A DNA stretch of 64,000 bases from Armatimonadota bacterium (GTDB lineage Bacteria > Armatimonadota > SYMT01), in NCBI GenBank assembly GCA_046292385.1, contig JBKBRF010000003.1, positions 1 through 64,000 on the forward strand. Reading direction: 5' to 3'. Positions 36,505-45,766 of the stretch are shown here, in pieces. Position 1 is the stretch's first letter. The number at the start of each line of letters is the position of its first letter. Position numbers and translations under genes: made by a program. The notes beneath the pieces were generated by a model. It made no database searches and had not been told where the DNA came from. It saw only the letters and a program-made list of their open reading frames with translations.

Positions 36505-36881
36505 TGTCCGGCCGGACCCCGCTGCCCGAGGGGCACGAAGAGCTGCGGATGGAGCGCCGGTACGGCGCGCGGATCTACAGGGATTACCTGGGCCATCACC
36601 GGCGGACGGAGCCGATCGGCTTCCTCCGCTCGCGCTCGGATGGGCGCCATCACCCGTTCGACAAGCGGGAGCTGCTGCCGGCGGGGCTCTGGGACCTGCA
36701 CGAGGCGGTGCAGGCCGCCGCGCTCGCGGCGGGTCTTCCGTACGCGCAGGTGCTGGCGGCGGCGCGACGGCTGCTGCCTGGCTTCCTGCAATCTTCCTGC
36801 GGCCAGTCGCGCCCGGACCTTCCCACGGAGCCCGTCGATGCACGCGGAATCCAGCCGGAGCCGGGCCGTCTCCCCCGGTAG
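36501..36881 (+). CDS. Hypothetical protein
   Basis: GGAGG RBS; first full gene after the divergent promoter. Confidence 0.6.
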   Translation: MMSGRTPLPEGHEELRMERRYGARIYRDYLGHHRRTEPIGFLRSRSDGRHHPFDKRELLPAGLWDLHEAVQAAALAAGLPYAQVLAAARRLLPGFLQSSCGQSRPDLPTEPVDARGIQPEPGRLPR

Positions 36882-37251
36882 CTCGGACCTTTCCCCGGAG
36901 GAGGCGCCCGCCCTCCCGGCGTCACCGGACGAGCGCGACGGCGGCTCCTTCCCCACGGGTCCCGCGTGGGAGATCACGGAGGAGCAGGCATGGCGCTGGT
37001 TCATCCACCGGTTCCGGGACCTCTGCCGGAACCCGGCGTTCCTGGCCCGGGCGTCGCTGGACGAGCACGAGCTGCTGCTGCTGGTCTATGACCTGGGCTG
37101 TTACGAGCAGCAGTGCCTGCGCTGGCTGCGGGCGCCGGAGGTCTACCCGCGGCCCCCGTCGCTCTCGGAGTACCTCTCACCCGGGCGAGAGGAGTGGGGC
37201 GTGGTGGCGCGGCTCGTCCGGGAGCTGCGGGAGGCGGAAGACGCGGAGTGA
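36838..37251 (+). CDS. Hypothetical protein
   Basis: Ordered C-terminal part (WEITEEQAWRWFIHRFRDLC..) with host-like codon usage; start uncertain. Confidence 0.55.
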   Translation: MHAESSRSRAVSPGSSDLSPEEAPALPASPDERDGGSFPTGPAWEITEEQAWRWFIHRFRDLCRNPAFLARASLDEHELLLLVYDLGCYEQQCLRWLRAPEVYPRPPSLSEYLSPGREEWGVVARLVRELREAEDAE

Positions 37252-37305
37252 GATCCGACGGGCCGGGGCGCGTCCGCGTCCCGGCCCTGGACACAGGAGG
37301 TGCCG

Positions 37306-37863
37306 ATGAGAGAGCGACGCCGGATCCTGGTGCCGAGGAGCGACTGGGAGCGGCTGGTGCGCTGCGCGGGGGAGGAGCGGGATGAGCCGCGGCTGGCGTT
37401 CCGCGACCGGGCGGTGGTGGCGACCTTCCTCTTCTCCGGCCTGCGCTGCGGGGAGCTGACCGGGCTGGACCTGGACGACGTGGAGTGGACCGAGACTCCC
37501 GCCGGGCTGCGCTGCCGGCTGCGCCTGCGGAAGCCCGGCTCCGGCCCCCGGCGCCGGGCCGCGCTGGCGGCGCTCGGGGCGGAGCTGCTGGAGGAGTACC
37601 TCGACCTGCGCCCGGAGTGGGAGTGCCCCGCGCTCTTCCTCTCCCGCAAAGGCGGACGGCTCGATCGCAGCGCCGTCTGGCGGGTGGTCCACCGCGCCGG
37701 AGCCCGCGCCGGCTACCCGGAGCTGCGGCCGGGCGACCTGCGCCGCGCCTTTGCCGCGGAGGCGGTACGCCAGGCCGCGCGCAAGGGGAACAGCCTGGAA
37801 GACGTGGCGCGCCAGCTCGGACACGAGCTGCCGGAGAGCACCCGGCGGTGCGTCCGCCGCTGA
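37306..37863 (+). CDS. Tyrosine recombinase catalytic-domain-only protein, apparently inactive
   Basis: RDRAVV..SGLRCGEL..LDLDDV, LFLS, PGDLRRAFA, QLGH..STRRC; no N-terminal core-binding domain. Confidence 0.8.
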   Translation: MRERRRILVPRSDWERLVRCAGEERDEPRLAFRDRAVVATFLFSGLRCGELTGLDLDDVEWTETPAGLRCRLRLRKPGSGPRRRAALAALGAELLEEYLDLRPEWECPALFLSRKGGRLDRSAVWRVVHRAGARAGYPELRPGDLRRAFAAEAVRQAARKGNSLEDVARQLGHELPESTRRCVRR

Positions 37864-37921
37864 CCGGATCCCCCGCGCTCCGGAGAGGTTGAAACCGGCT
37901 ATACTGGGGGCGGATTGTTCG

Positions 37922-38012
37922 CAAGTTGTCAGGTTCCAGGTTGCAGGTTGGGAACCCCTCGACCGTCGGCGGCTTCTAACTTGCTAACCTGCCAACCTGC
38001 AGCTTGCCAACC
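37922..38012. repeat. Inverted short-period repeats (CAGGTTG / CAACCTG)
   Basis: Same motif at about 12845-12870 and 43875-43910. Confidence 0.65.
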
Positions 38013-38026
38013 TCGAGCGAGGCTCT

Positions 38027-39145
38027 ATGCACGGTGATTTCGACTTTCCCACGCGCGTGGTCTTCGGTCCCGGGCGGGTGCGCGAGCTGCCGGAGCTGGT
38101 GCGGGAGCTGGGGCGCCAGCCGCTGGTGGTGACCGACCGCGGGGTGATGGGACACCGGGCGGCGCAGCCGGTGCTCGACGCCCTCTCCGCGGGGGACGTT
38201 GACTTTCGGGTCTTCCACGACGTCCAGTCGACCGCCGACGCGGCGACGATCGAAACCGGGGTCCGCCGCTTCATGGAAGGGTGCGACGTACTGGTAGCGG
38301 TCGGCGGCGGCAGCGCGCTGGACGCCGCGAAGGCGATCCGGCTCGGGACCACGCATCCCGGCCCGCTGGAGAGCTACGATTGCTTCTGCGAGCTCCCCGC
38401 GCCGATCCGACCGGAGCTGCCGCCCCTCGTGGCGATCCCCACCACCGCCGGCACCGGCAGCGAGGTGAGCGGCGAGGCGGTGGTAAGCGTGAGCGGCCGC
38501 CGGCACACGCTCTCCAGCCCGCACCTCCAGCCGACCCTGGCCCTGTGCGATCCGGAGCTGACGGTCGACCTCTCCGGCCCGCTCACCGCGGAGGGCGGCG
38601 CCTACGCGCTCACCCACTGCGTGGAGGGGTATCTCGCCCCCGTGTTCCACCCGCTCTGCGACGCGATCGCGCTCGACGGCGCGGCGCGCGCCAGGCGGTG
38701 GCTGCCGGAGGCGGTGCGCAGTCCGCTGAACGTGGAGGCCCGCTCGGAGCTGATGCTCGCGGCGCTCATGGGCGGCATCGCTTCCCGCAAGGAACGCGGC
38801 CTGACCTACGCCTTCTCTGCCGCGCTCGCGGCCGTGGCGGGCACGCACCCCGGCGCCGCCTACGCGGTGATGCTGCCGCACGTCCTGCGCTCCCTGGCCC
38901 CCGCCGTGCCCGAGCGGCTCTCCGTCCTCGCCGCGGCCCTCGGCGCCGGCGCGGGATCACTGGCCGACACCCTGGCCGAGCACTTCGCTAGCCTCAGGCT
39001 GCCCGTCCGCCTGCGCGAGGAGAACGTAACCCACGCCCTCCTCGGCCCGCTGGCAGAGCAAGCGCTGGTGGAAGCGTCCCGCCACCGCCTTCCCCGCGCC
39101 GTCTCCCGCGAGGAGATCGCCGCGCTGCTGGAGTCCGCGTTCTGA
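38027..39145 (+). CDS. Iron-containing alcohol dehydrogenase family protein (divergent metal site)
   Basis: FPTRVVFGPG, VAVGGGSALDAAK, IPTTAGTGSEV, DPELT. Confidence 0.88.
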   Translation: MHGDFDFPTRVVFGPGRVRELPELVRELGRQPLVVTDRGVMGHRAAQPVLDALSAGDVDFRVFHDVQSTADAATIETGVRRFMEGCDVLVAVGGGSALDAAKAIRLGTTHPGPLESYDCFCELPAPIRPELPPLVAIPTTAGTGSEVSGEAVVSVSGRRHTLSSPHLQPTLALCDPELTVDLSGPLTAEGGAYALTHCVEGYLAPVFHPLCDAIALDGAARARRWLPEAVRSPLNVEARSELMLAALMGGIASRKERGLTYAFSAALAAVAGTHPGAAYAVMLPHVLRSLAPAVPERLSVLAAALGAGAGSLADTLAEHFASLRLPVRLREENVTHALLGPLAEQALVEASRHRLPRAVSREEIAALLESAF

Positions 39146-39254
39146 AGGGCAGGTGCGCAGGTGCGCAGGTGCAGCGAGTGCAAGAATAGATGCAGGCGCG
39201 CTTCGGAGGAGGCCCACGCGGACGACAGTTTCGGAAAGCGACGAGGAAGGCTGC

Positions 39255-39490
39255 TTCTCACGGGGCCTCAGCCCCGGCCCCTCTCCTGAGAGGAGAGGGG
39301 CCGGGGGTGTGATGCCGCTGCTCCCCCTTCCACTTCAGGAAACGCTTCTCTTCCGAACGGGGGCGGGCTGGGGGTGAGGAGGCGCCGGAGTGCTAACCCG
39401 CCGTGCTAGATCTCGACGGCTTTTCCAAAAGCAGTAAGAGCCCAAGTTCGGCCTTCATCCCTCATCCTTCATCCCTCATCCCTCAGAAGC
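39255..39490. repeat. REP-like composite plus TTCATCC heptamers
   Basis: Related to 6669-6899, 16070-16280 and 53480-53625. Confidence 0.7.
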
Positions 39491-39528
39491 CCCCATCCCC
39501 CTATCTCCTTTTCTTACACTTCCAGTAG

Positions 39529-40671
39529 ATGTCCACCGGCGTTACGTTCGGGAAATACCGGATCCTCGGCGAGCTGGGGCGGGGCGCGATGGGCGTGGTG
39601 TACGAGGCGTTCGACCCCGAGCGGGAGACCGAGGTCGCCCTCAAGGTGATCGGGGACCAGCGTGGCCGCAGCCCCGCGTCTCGGGAGCGGCAGGTGGAGC
39701 GGTTCTGCCGGGAGGCCCGGGCGCTGGCGCGGCTGCGGCACCCGTATATCGTCCGGTTCTACGACCAGGGCGAGCTGAACGGCCGCCACTACTTCTCGAT
39801 GGAGCGGGTGCGGGGCACCACGCTGCGGGAGCGGCTGCAGTTCCAGGGCGCGCTCTCCCTGCCGGAGCTGACCCGGCTGCTCGGAGAGCTGGCGGACGCG
39901 CTCGACCACCTGCACGCGCGGGAAGTGGTCCACCGGGATATCAAGCCGGAGAACATCATGCTCCTGCCGGATGGCACCAGCAAGCTGATGGACTTCGGGA
40001 TCGCCCGCATCCTGACCGAGGAGGACACCGCCGCCACCACCGGTTTCCAGGGGTCGCCCGCCTACATGTCGCCGGAGCAGGCGGCCGGGAGGCCGGTCGA
40101 CGGCCGCAGCGACATCTTCTCCCTCTCCGTGGTGCTGTACGAGGCGGCGACCGGCCGCCGGGCGTTCCAGGGAGAGAGCATTCCGGAGATCGTCCGGAAG
40201 GTGACCGAGGAGTATCCGCCGCCGCCGGTGGGGCTGCCGCGCTACTTCGAGCTGGCGCTCCTGCGGGCGATGGCGAAGGATCCCACCCAGCGGTACGCGC
40301 GGGCGAGCGAGATGGCGGAGGACGTGCGGGCGCAGCGGCTGCCGGCAATCTTCAACGCGCGGCCCGCGCCGAAGACTGCCCCGGCCCGGCCGCCGTACCT
40401 GGGCGCGATCCCGGACTTCCTGCTGGAGGTGTCGGAGGTCATCCCGCCGCTCCCCACGGTCCCCGCGGCGCTGCGGCGCGGCAGCACGCCTCCGATCGGA
40501 GACCAGGCGGCATTCCGCACCGATACGGTGCGGGTCCCCTGCCGCTATCATCCGTCGTACGCGGGGGTCGATATCTGCGGCACCTGCGGCGCACCGGTCT
40601 GCCACACCTGCCTGGTAGAGGTGGTGGGGCGGGGGGTGCACTGCCGGGTCTGCTCCTACGGGAAAGAGTGA
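39529..40671 (+). CDS. Hanks-type Ser/Thr protein kinase with C-terminal B-box-like zinc finger
   Basis: LGRGAMG, VALK, HRDIKPEN, DFGIA, YMSPEQ; CRYHP..CGTC..CHTC..CRVC. Confidence 0.92.
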   Translation: MSTGVTFGKYRILGELGRGAMGVVYEAFDPERETEVALKVIGDQRGRSPASRERQVERFCREARALARLRHPYIVRFYDQGELNGRHYFSMERVRGTTLRERLQFQGALSLPELTRLLGELADALDHLHAREVVHRDIKPENIMLLPDGTSKLMDFGIARILTEEDTAATTGFQGSPAYMSPEQAAGRPVDGRSDIFSLSVVLYEAATGRRAFQGESIPEIVRKVTEEYPPPPVGLPRYFELALLRAMAKDPTQRYARASEMAEDVRAQRLPAIFNARPAPKTAPARPPYLGAIPDFLLEVSEVIPPLPTVPAALRRGSTPPIGDQAAFRTDTVRVPCRYHPSYAGVDICGTCGAPVCHTCLVEVVGRGVHCRVCSYGKE

Positions 40672-40694
40672 CCGCGGCGCGGGAGGAGAGACTG

Positions 40695-43484
40695 ATGCGA
40701 GTGTGGAGTGTGCTGGCCGTGCTGCTCATCGCGGGGTGCGCGAGCGCCGCCTGGGCGGGGAAGCCGCGGATCGGTTGGGAGGGCAGCCCCTCCGCCCCGC
40801 GCCTCCGGCTGGGTGAGGCGACGCTGCTCGAGACGCTGGCGCAGCCGTCCTACTCCGCCTCGCTCTGGAAGCTCGACGGCGGCGCGCTGGCGTGGGACCA
40901 CCGGGGGAGCGTCGATACCTTCGCCATCCGCCAGACCGGGGAGCGCGCCCGCGACGTGGTGTACGCGGGCGACGTCCGGATCGTCGAGGGCGACGTGGCC
41001 GGCCTGGTGCTCCGCGCCAGCGCGGAGGGGCCGGAGTGCTTCGCCGTGCTGCTCGGGGCGCAGAGCAAGACGCTGCGGATCGTCTACCTGCCGTGGCCGG
41101 GGCGGGACCTCCAGGTGACGCCGTTTCCGGTAGAGCCGGGCCGCGCCTACCGCCTGGAGGTAACCTGCCGGGATACCGGGGACGGCGTCCGGCTGGCGGT
41201 GAGCGTCGACGGTATCCCGGTGACGGAGCACCTGGAGACGCGGTATCGCCCCGGGGGCAGCCACCTCGGCGTGATGTGCAACAACAGCCGCGCGCGCTTC
41301 GATCGGCTGACGGCGCGTGAGGGCGGTCCGGCCGGACGCCGGCTCTTCCAGGACGAATTTGAGGCCGGCGGGCTCCAGGCGTACGCCTCGGTAGGGGAGC
41401 CGTTCCAGGTGAGCCGCGCCGGCAGCGTGCTGACGCTGAGCGCGCGGCTTCCGGCCGAGGGCGCGGGCTTCGGTGCCATCGCGCAGCTCCGTCACGGCTT
41501 CGAGGCGCCGGAGCAGCTCTGGGTGCCCCACGTCACGCCGGAGCCGGGCTTCGTGATCGCCGACCACTCGCTGCGGTCGCCGGCCCTCGTCTTTGCGGAC
41601 CGGCGCGCGGCGCTGGTCGTGGTCCCGGACGTCGACGACCTCCGCCGCCTGCAGGAAGCGGGGCTGCGGACCTGGCTCGATTACGACCATCCCACCCGCA
41701 CCATCACCGCGGCGGTAGGACAGTACCGGGTCGGCGGCTTCCATGTCGGCTACCAGCCGACCACCCTCGCCTACCGCGGGCAGGAGCCGAGGCTGCGCCT
41801 GCACGTACTCACCAGCACGAAGGCGGAGGACCTGGCGAACCCGTACCGGCTCGCCTCCGCCTTTCTGTGGGAGCGGTGGGGCCGGCCGGGCTACCTGCGC
41901 GGCGGCAGCCAGCGGGCGCCCATCTCCACCTACAATCGCTATATCACCCGGTGGGCGTTCGAGCGGGAGCCGCGCGGCTGGGGCGATACGGTGTGGCAGC
42001 AGCTCGACCTGAACGGCCGGAAGGCAGGCGGGCCGGCGTTCATCGTCGACGTGGCGCAGCATCCGTCGGTGCCGCTCGACCAGCGGAAGTGGCGGGAGCA
42101 GCGCTCCATCTGGAACCAGGCCTGGTTCTCCACCCAGCGCTCCGCGAACGGGCTGCTGCGGTACGCGCGGCGGGTCGGCTCGAAGGAGCTGGAGGCGCGG
42201 GCGCGCGAGATGACCGCCGTCGCGCTCGCCGCGCCGCAGAAGGACGGCCTCTTCCCGGCGGTGCTCACCGCGGGCGGGGGCGGCTACTCGCTCTACAAGG
42301 ACACCCCCGGCTGGGAGAAGGCGCGCTGGACCAACTCCGACCGCCGCCCCGCCGAGGCGAGCGCGGAGGCGGTCCACCTGCTCGACGCCGCCTTTACCGC
42401 CCGGCTGCTGCTGGAGTGGAGCGACCTGGTGGAGGGCGCGGAGCGGCGGGAAGCCCGCGGCTACGTGGAGCGCTTCGCGGACCGCGCGGTGAAGCTGCAG
42501 CGCCCGAGCGGCGCCTTCCCCGGCTGGATCGAGCCGGACGGACGCGAGGCGGCAACGCTGCGCGAGGGGCCGGAGAGCGCGATGGTGGTGACGCTGCTGC
42601 TGGAGCTGCTGCAGCGGACCCCGGGGCGGGCCGACTACCGCGAGGCGGCGCTGCGCGGCCTGCGCTACCTCGCCGCCGGCCCGGTGCGGGAGGCGCGCTG
42701 GGAAGACTTCGAGACCTACTTCTCCTGCAGCCGGTGGTGGAGCGACCGCGTGGGGCAGAAGATCCCGCGGACCGGCGTCTACAAGAGCAATACCTTCTCC
42801 CCGTTCTGGTGCGCCGAGGCGTTCCTGGCCGGCCACCGCGCGCTCCGCGACCCGCAGTGGCTGGCGCTGGGGCAGCGCTGCCTGGACGAGCTCTCGCTCT
42901 ACCAGCAGGTGTGGGACCCGCCCACCCTGCCGGCGCCGTGCCACGGGGGCTTCGGCGTGATGAACGCGGACGGCGAGTGGAACGACGCCCGCCAGAGCCT
43001 CTTCGCGCCGCTCTACCTGGAGTACCACCGGGAGACCGGCCGCGCCGAGTACTTCGAGCGCGGCGCCTCCGCCCTGCGCGCCTCCTTCGCCATGCTCTTC
43101 TGCCCGGAGAACAGCCAGGTCTACGAGGCGTACCGCAAGACCTTTCCGTTCTTCGGCCCGGAGAGCTACGGCTTCATGATGGAGAACATCGCCCACGGCG
43201 GCCCCGGCGGCAATCCGATCGGCCCGTTCACTATCTACACCTGGGGCAATGGCGCCGCGCTGGCGAGCGCCGCGGCAATCTACGACCGTTACGGCGACGT
43301 CCTCCTCGACCCGAAGCGGAAACAGGCCTTCGGCATCGACGGCTGCCGCGCGGAAGTCCGCGGCGGCCAGGTGGAGATCACCGATCCCTATGGCCGAAAC
43401 GAGGTGACGGTCGCGTTCGCCGGCGGGGAGCGGAAGACGGTCCGCCTGGAGGCGGGGCGGGCGCGAATCCCGCTCTCCCGTTAG
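40695..43484 (+). CDS. Large secreted hypothetical protein, possibly carbohydrate-active (lectin-like N-terminus, helical-barrel C-terminus)
   Basis: Signal peptide after GGAGG; beta-rich N-terminus; W/Y-rich helical C-terminus. Confidence 0.65.
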   Translation: MRVWSVLAVLLIAGCASAAWAGKPRIGWEGSPSAPRLRLGEATLLETLAQPSYSASLWKLDGGALAWDHRGSVDTFAIRQTGERARDVVYAGDVRIVEGDVAGLVLRASAEGPECFAVLLGAQSKTLRIVYLPWPGRDLQVTPFPVEPGRAYRLEVTCRDTGDGVRLAVSVDGIPVTEHLETRYRPGGSHLGVMCNNSRARFDRLTAREGGPAGRRLFQDEFEAGGLQAYASVGEPFQVSRAGSVLTLSARLPAEGAGFGAIAQLRHGFEAPEQLWVPHVTPEPGFVIADHSLRSPALVFADRRAALVVVPDVDDLRRLQEAGLRTWLDYDHPTRTITAAVGQYRVGGFHVGYQPTTLAYRGQEPRLRLHVLTSTKAEDLANPYRLASAFLWERWGRPGYLRGGSQRAPISTYNRYITRWAFEREPRGWGDTVWQQLDLNGRKAGGPAFIVDVAQHPSVPLDQRKWREQRSIWNQAWFSTQRSANGLLRYARRVGSKELEARAREMTAVALAAPQKDGLFPAVLTAGGGGYSLYKDTPGWEKARWTNSDRRPAEASAEAVHLLDAAFTARLLLEWSDLVEGAERREARGYVERFADRAVKLQRPSGAFPGWIEPDGREAATLREGPESAMVVTLLLELLQRTPGRADYREAALRGLRYLAAGPVREARWEDFETYFSCSRWWSDRVGQKIPRTGVYKSNTFSPFWCAEAFLAGHRALRDPQWLALGQRCLDELSLYQQVWDPPTLPAPCHGGFGVMNADGEWNDARQSLFAPLYLEYHRETGRAEYFERGASALRASFAMLFCPENSQVYEAYRKTFPFFGPESYGFMMENIAHGGPGGNPIGPFTIYTWGNGAALASAAAIYDRYGDVLLDPKRKQAFGIDGCRAEVRGGQVEITDPYGRNEVTVAFAGGERKTVRLEAGRARIPLSR

Positions 43485-43529
43485 GCTGCGAGGTAGTTGT
43501 TGGCAGCTGCGTCTCGCCGGGCGTTCAGG

Positions 43530-43910
43530 GATGAGCGATGAGCGATGAGCGATGAATCCGAACCCTCCGTGCACGGGAGGTCCTGCTCCTACTCTTGCTC
43601 GCTGGCGACCCGCGATACACCGACACGTCCTCGTAAAGATGGGCCATGAAGTCGTGATCGCCGGTCCGGACGCCGGGGTCCGAGTCGTCCTCCCGCCCCT
43701 CCGGGGCGGACTCACGCTGGCGGGCTGGAATCCGGGGGTTGCGCTGCGCTGACCCCCGGCTATCCTCTCGCGCCCCTCCGGGGCGCCATCCCCGCCGCGC
43801 TTAGATCGCCGGCAGTCGACTGCCGGCGGAACCAACCCGCGGAGCTCGCTCCGCACCGCGTAAGCAGGGGTCCGGAACCTGCAACCTGCTAACCTGACAA
43901 CCTGCCAACC
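43530..43910. repeat. REP mosaic between convergent genes
   Basis: Shares blocks with 13525-14005 and 35075-35330; GATGAGC heptamers. Confidence 0.85.
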
Positions 43911-44296
43911 TAATAAGGCTCCCCCTGCCGGGTGAGGCCGCCAACCAGGGCGGCGAGGAACAGGGCGGCGTTGTGGATGAGCAGGATCAGCCAGGCGGCG
44001 CCCGCCAGCACGGCGGCGACCACACCGAGACCCGGGGCCTGGCTCCAGGCGGCCGCGGCGGCGCCGAGGGCGAGGATGAAGAGGGAGAGCAGCGCCGCGG
44101 GCAGCACCGCCGCGGCGAGGGCGCGCCGCACCGTGCCCGCGCGGCGCCCGCCGATGTAGCCTCCCACGATCGGCCCGATGAACGGCCCGACGACCGGGAT
44201 CCAGCCGAGCACGAGCGAGAGCAGCAGCGAGAGCCCGAACATCCAGCACATCGCGCCCAGGATGCTCGACTTCCCGTAGAGCAGATCGTCGCCCAT
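43910..44296 (-). CDS. Small membrane protein
   Basis: WIPVVGPFIGPIVGGYIGG; about 4 hydrophobic segments. Confidence 0.75.
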   Translation of the reverse strand: MGDDLLYGKSSILGAMCWMFGLSLLLSLVLGWIPVVGPFIGPIVGGYIGGRRAGTVRRALAAAVLPAALLSLFILALGAAAAAWSQAPGLGVVAAVLAGAAWLILLIHNAALFLAALVGGLTRQGEPY

Positions 44297-44419
44297 CGGC
44301 CCGCCTCCCCCGCAGTCCGGCGCCGCCCCGGGGAATGGGAAACGCCGCCGTCCCGCAAAGTTAAGAACGAGAGCGGTCCCGGGGAGTTACGTTACCGGCC
44401 GAGGCCCGGCGAGGCGACC

Positions 44420-45766
44420 ATGCGCGAGAGAAAGCTGCTGCTCCTGGCGATGAGCGGCGTGCGGGTGAAGAACGAGGCGCTGCGGGCGCTCGGCCTGACC
44501 CTCCCCGGTTTCGTGGAGCGGAGCCGCGTCATCGCCTCGCTTCCCAGTCTCTCGCTCCTCGTCCTCGCCGCGCACACCCCGCCGCACTGGCAGGTGGAGT
44601 ACCGGGAGATCGACCAGCTGGACGACCGCGCAGCGGAGACGATCGCGGCGGGCGGCTACGACCTGGTCGCCGTCACCTCGCTCACGGCGCGCATCCTGGA
44701 GACGTACGCGCTCGCCGACCGGCTGCGGGCGGCCGGCATTCCCGTGGTGCTGGGCGGCCTCCACGTCTCCGCGCTGCCGGCGGAAGCGGCGGCCCACGCC
44801 GACGCGGTGGTCCGCGGCGAAGGGGAGGCGGTCTGGGAGGAGCTGCTGCGCGACTTCGAAGCCGGCCGGCTCCGGCCGCTCTACAGCTCGCTGGAGACGC
44901 CCGGCCGGCCGTTCTCTCTCGACTGCGCCCGGGTGCCGCGCTACGACCTGCTCGACATCCGCCGCTACAACCGGCTCACGCTGCAGACCACGCGCGGCTG
45001 CCCGCTCCACTGCAGCTTCTGCGCGGCCTCCCGCACCATCAGCGCCTACAAGCGGAAGCCGATCCCGCAGGTGCGCCGGGAGTTGGAGGCGATCCTGGCG
45101 GTCTGGCCACGCCCGTTTATCGAGCTCGCCGATGACAACACCTTCGTCGACAAGCGGTGGTCGCGCGAGCTGGTGAAGCTCTTCCGGGAGTACCGGCTCC
45201 GCTGGTTCACGGAGACCGACCTCTCCGTGGCGGACGATCCGGAGCTGCTGGAGCTGCTCGCCGGGTCGGGCTGCGCCCAGGTGCTGATCGGGCTGGAGTC
45301 GGCACAGCGCGAGTCGCTCGACCGGCTCGACAGCCGCAACTGGAAAGAGCGGCGCTGGGAGAGCTATGGCGAGAAGATCCGGCGGATCCAGAGCGCCGGC
45401 ATCTCCGTGAACGGCTGCTTCATCCTCGGCCTCGACGGCGATGGGCCGGAGGTGTTCGACCGTACGCGGGACTGGGTGCTCGCGAGCGACCTGGCGGAAG
45501 TGCAGATCACCCTCCTGACGCCGTTCCCCGGCACCGCCCTCTACGAGCGCTACCGCCGCGAGGGTCGGCTGCTGAAAGAGGTGTTCTGGGACGAGTGCAC
45601 GCTCTTCGACGTCACCTACCGTCCGGCCCGGATGAGTCCGCAGGAGCTGGAGCAAGGTTTTCACGGGCTGATGCGGGAACTTTACAGTGAAGAGAACGCC
45701 GCGATCCGCAGGCGGCGCTTCCAGCAGTGTGTGCGCCAGGCGGGGCAGGAGAGGACCGGGAGATGA
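44420..45766 (+). CDS. B12-binding-domain radical SAM protein
   Basis: VVLGGLHVS..P.EA..HADAVV.GEGE; TTRGCPLHCSFC; DDN; IGLES; LTPFPGT. Confidence 0.92.
   Translation: MRERKLLLLAMSGVRVKNEALRALGLTLPGFVERSRVIASLPSLSLLVLAAHTPPHWQVEYREIDQLDDRAAETIAAGGYDLVAVTSLTARILETYALADRLRAAGIPVVLGGLHVSALPAEAAAHADAVVRGEGEAVWEELLRDFEAGRLRPLYSSLETPGRPFSLDCARVPRYDLLDIRRYNRLTLQTTRGCPLHCSFCAASRTISAYKRKPIPQVRRELEAILAVWPRPFIELADDNTFVDKRWSRELVKLFREYRLRWFTETDLSVADDPELLELLAGSGCAQVLIGLESAQRESLDRLDSRNWKERRWESYGEKIRRIQSAGISVNGCFILGLDGDGPEVFDRTRDWVLASDLAEVQITLLTPFPGTALYERYRREGRLLKEVFWDECTLFDVTYRPARMSPQELEQGFHGLMRELYSEENAAIRRRRFQQCVRQAGQERTGR

Noticed and set aside
35393..37863. Intact prophage or ICE
   Set aside because: No structural, replication or conjugation genes, no att or tRNA site, and the recombinase lacks the catalytic Tyr
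40656..44249. Very long antisense ORFs (also 10632-13685, 59184-61763 and others)
   Set aside because: Shadow ORFs typical of high-GC DNA, opposite well-supported genes and with no recognisable motifs
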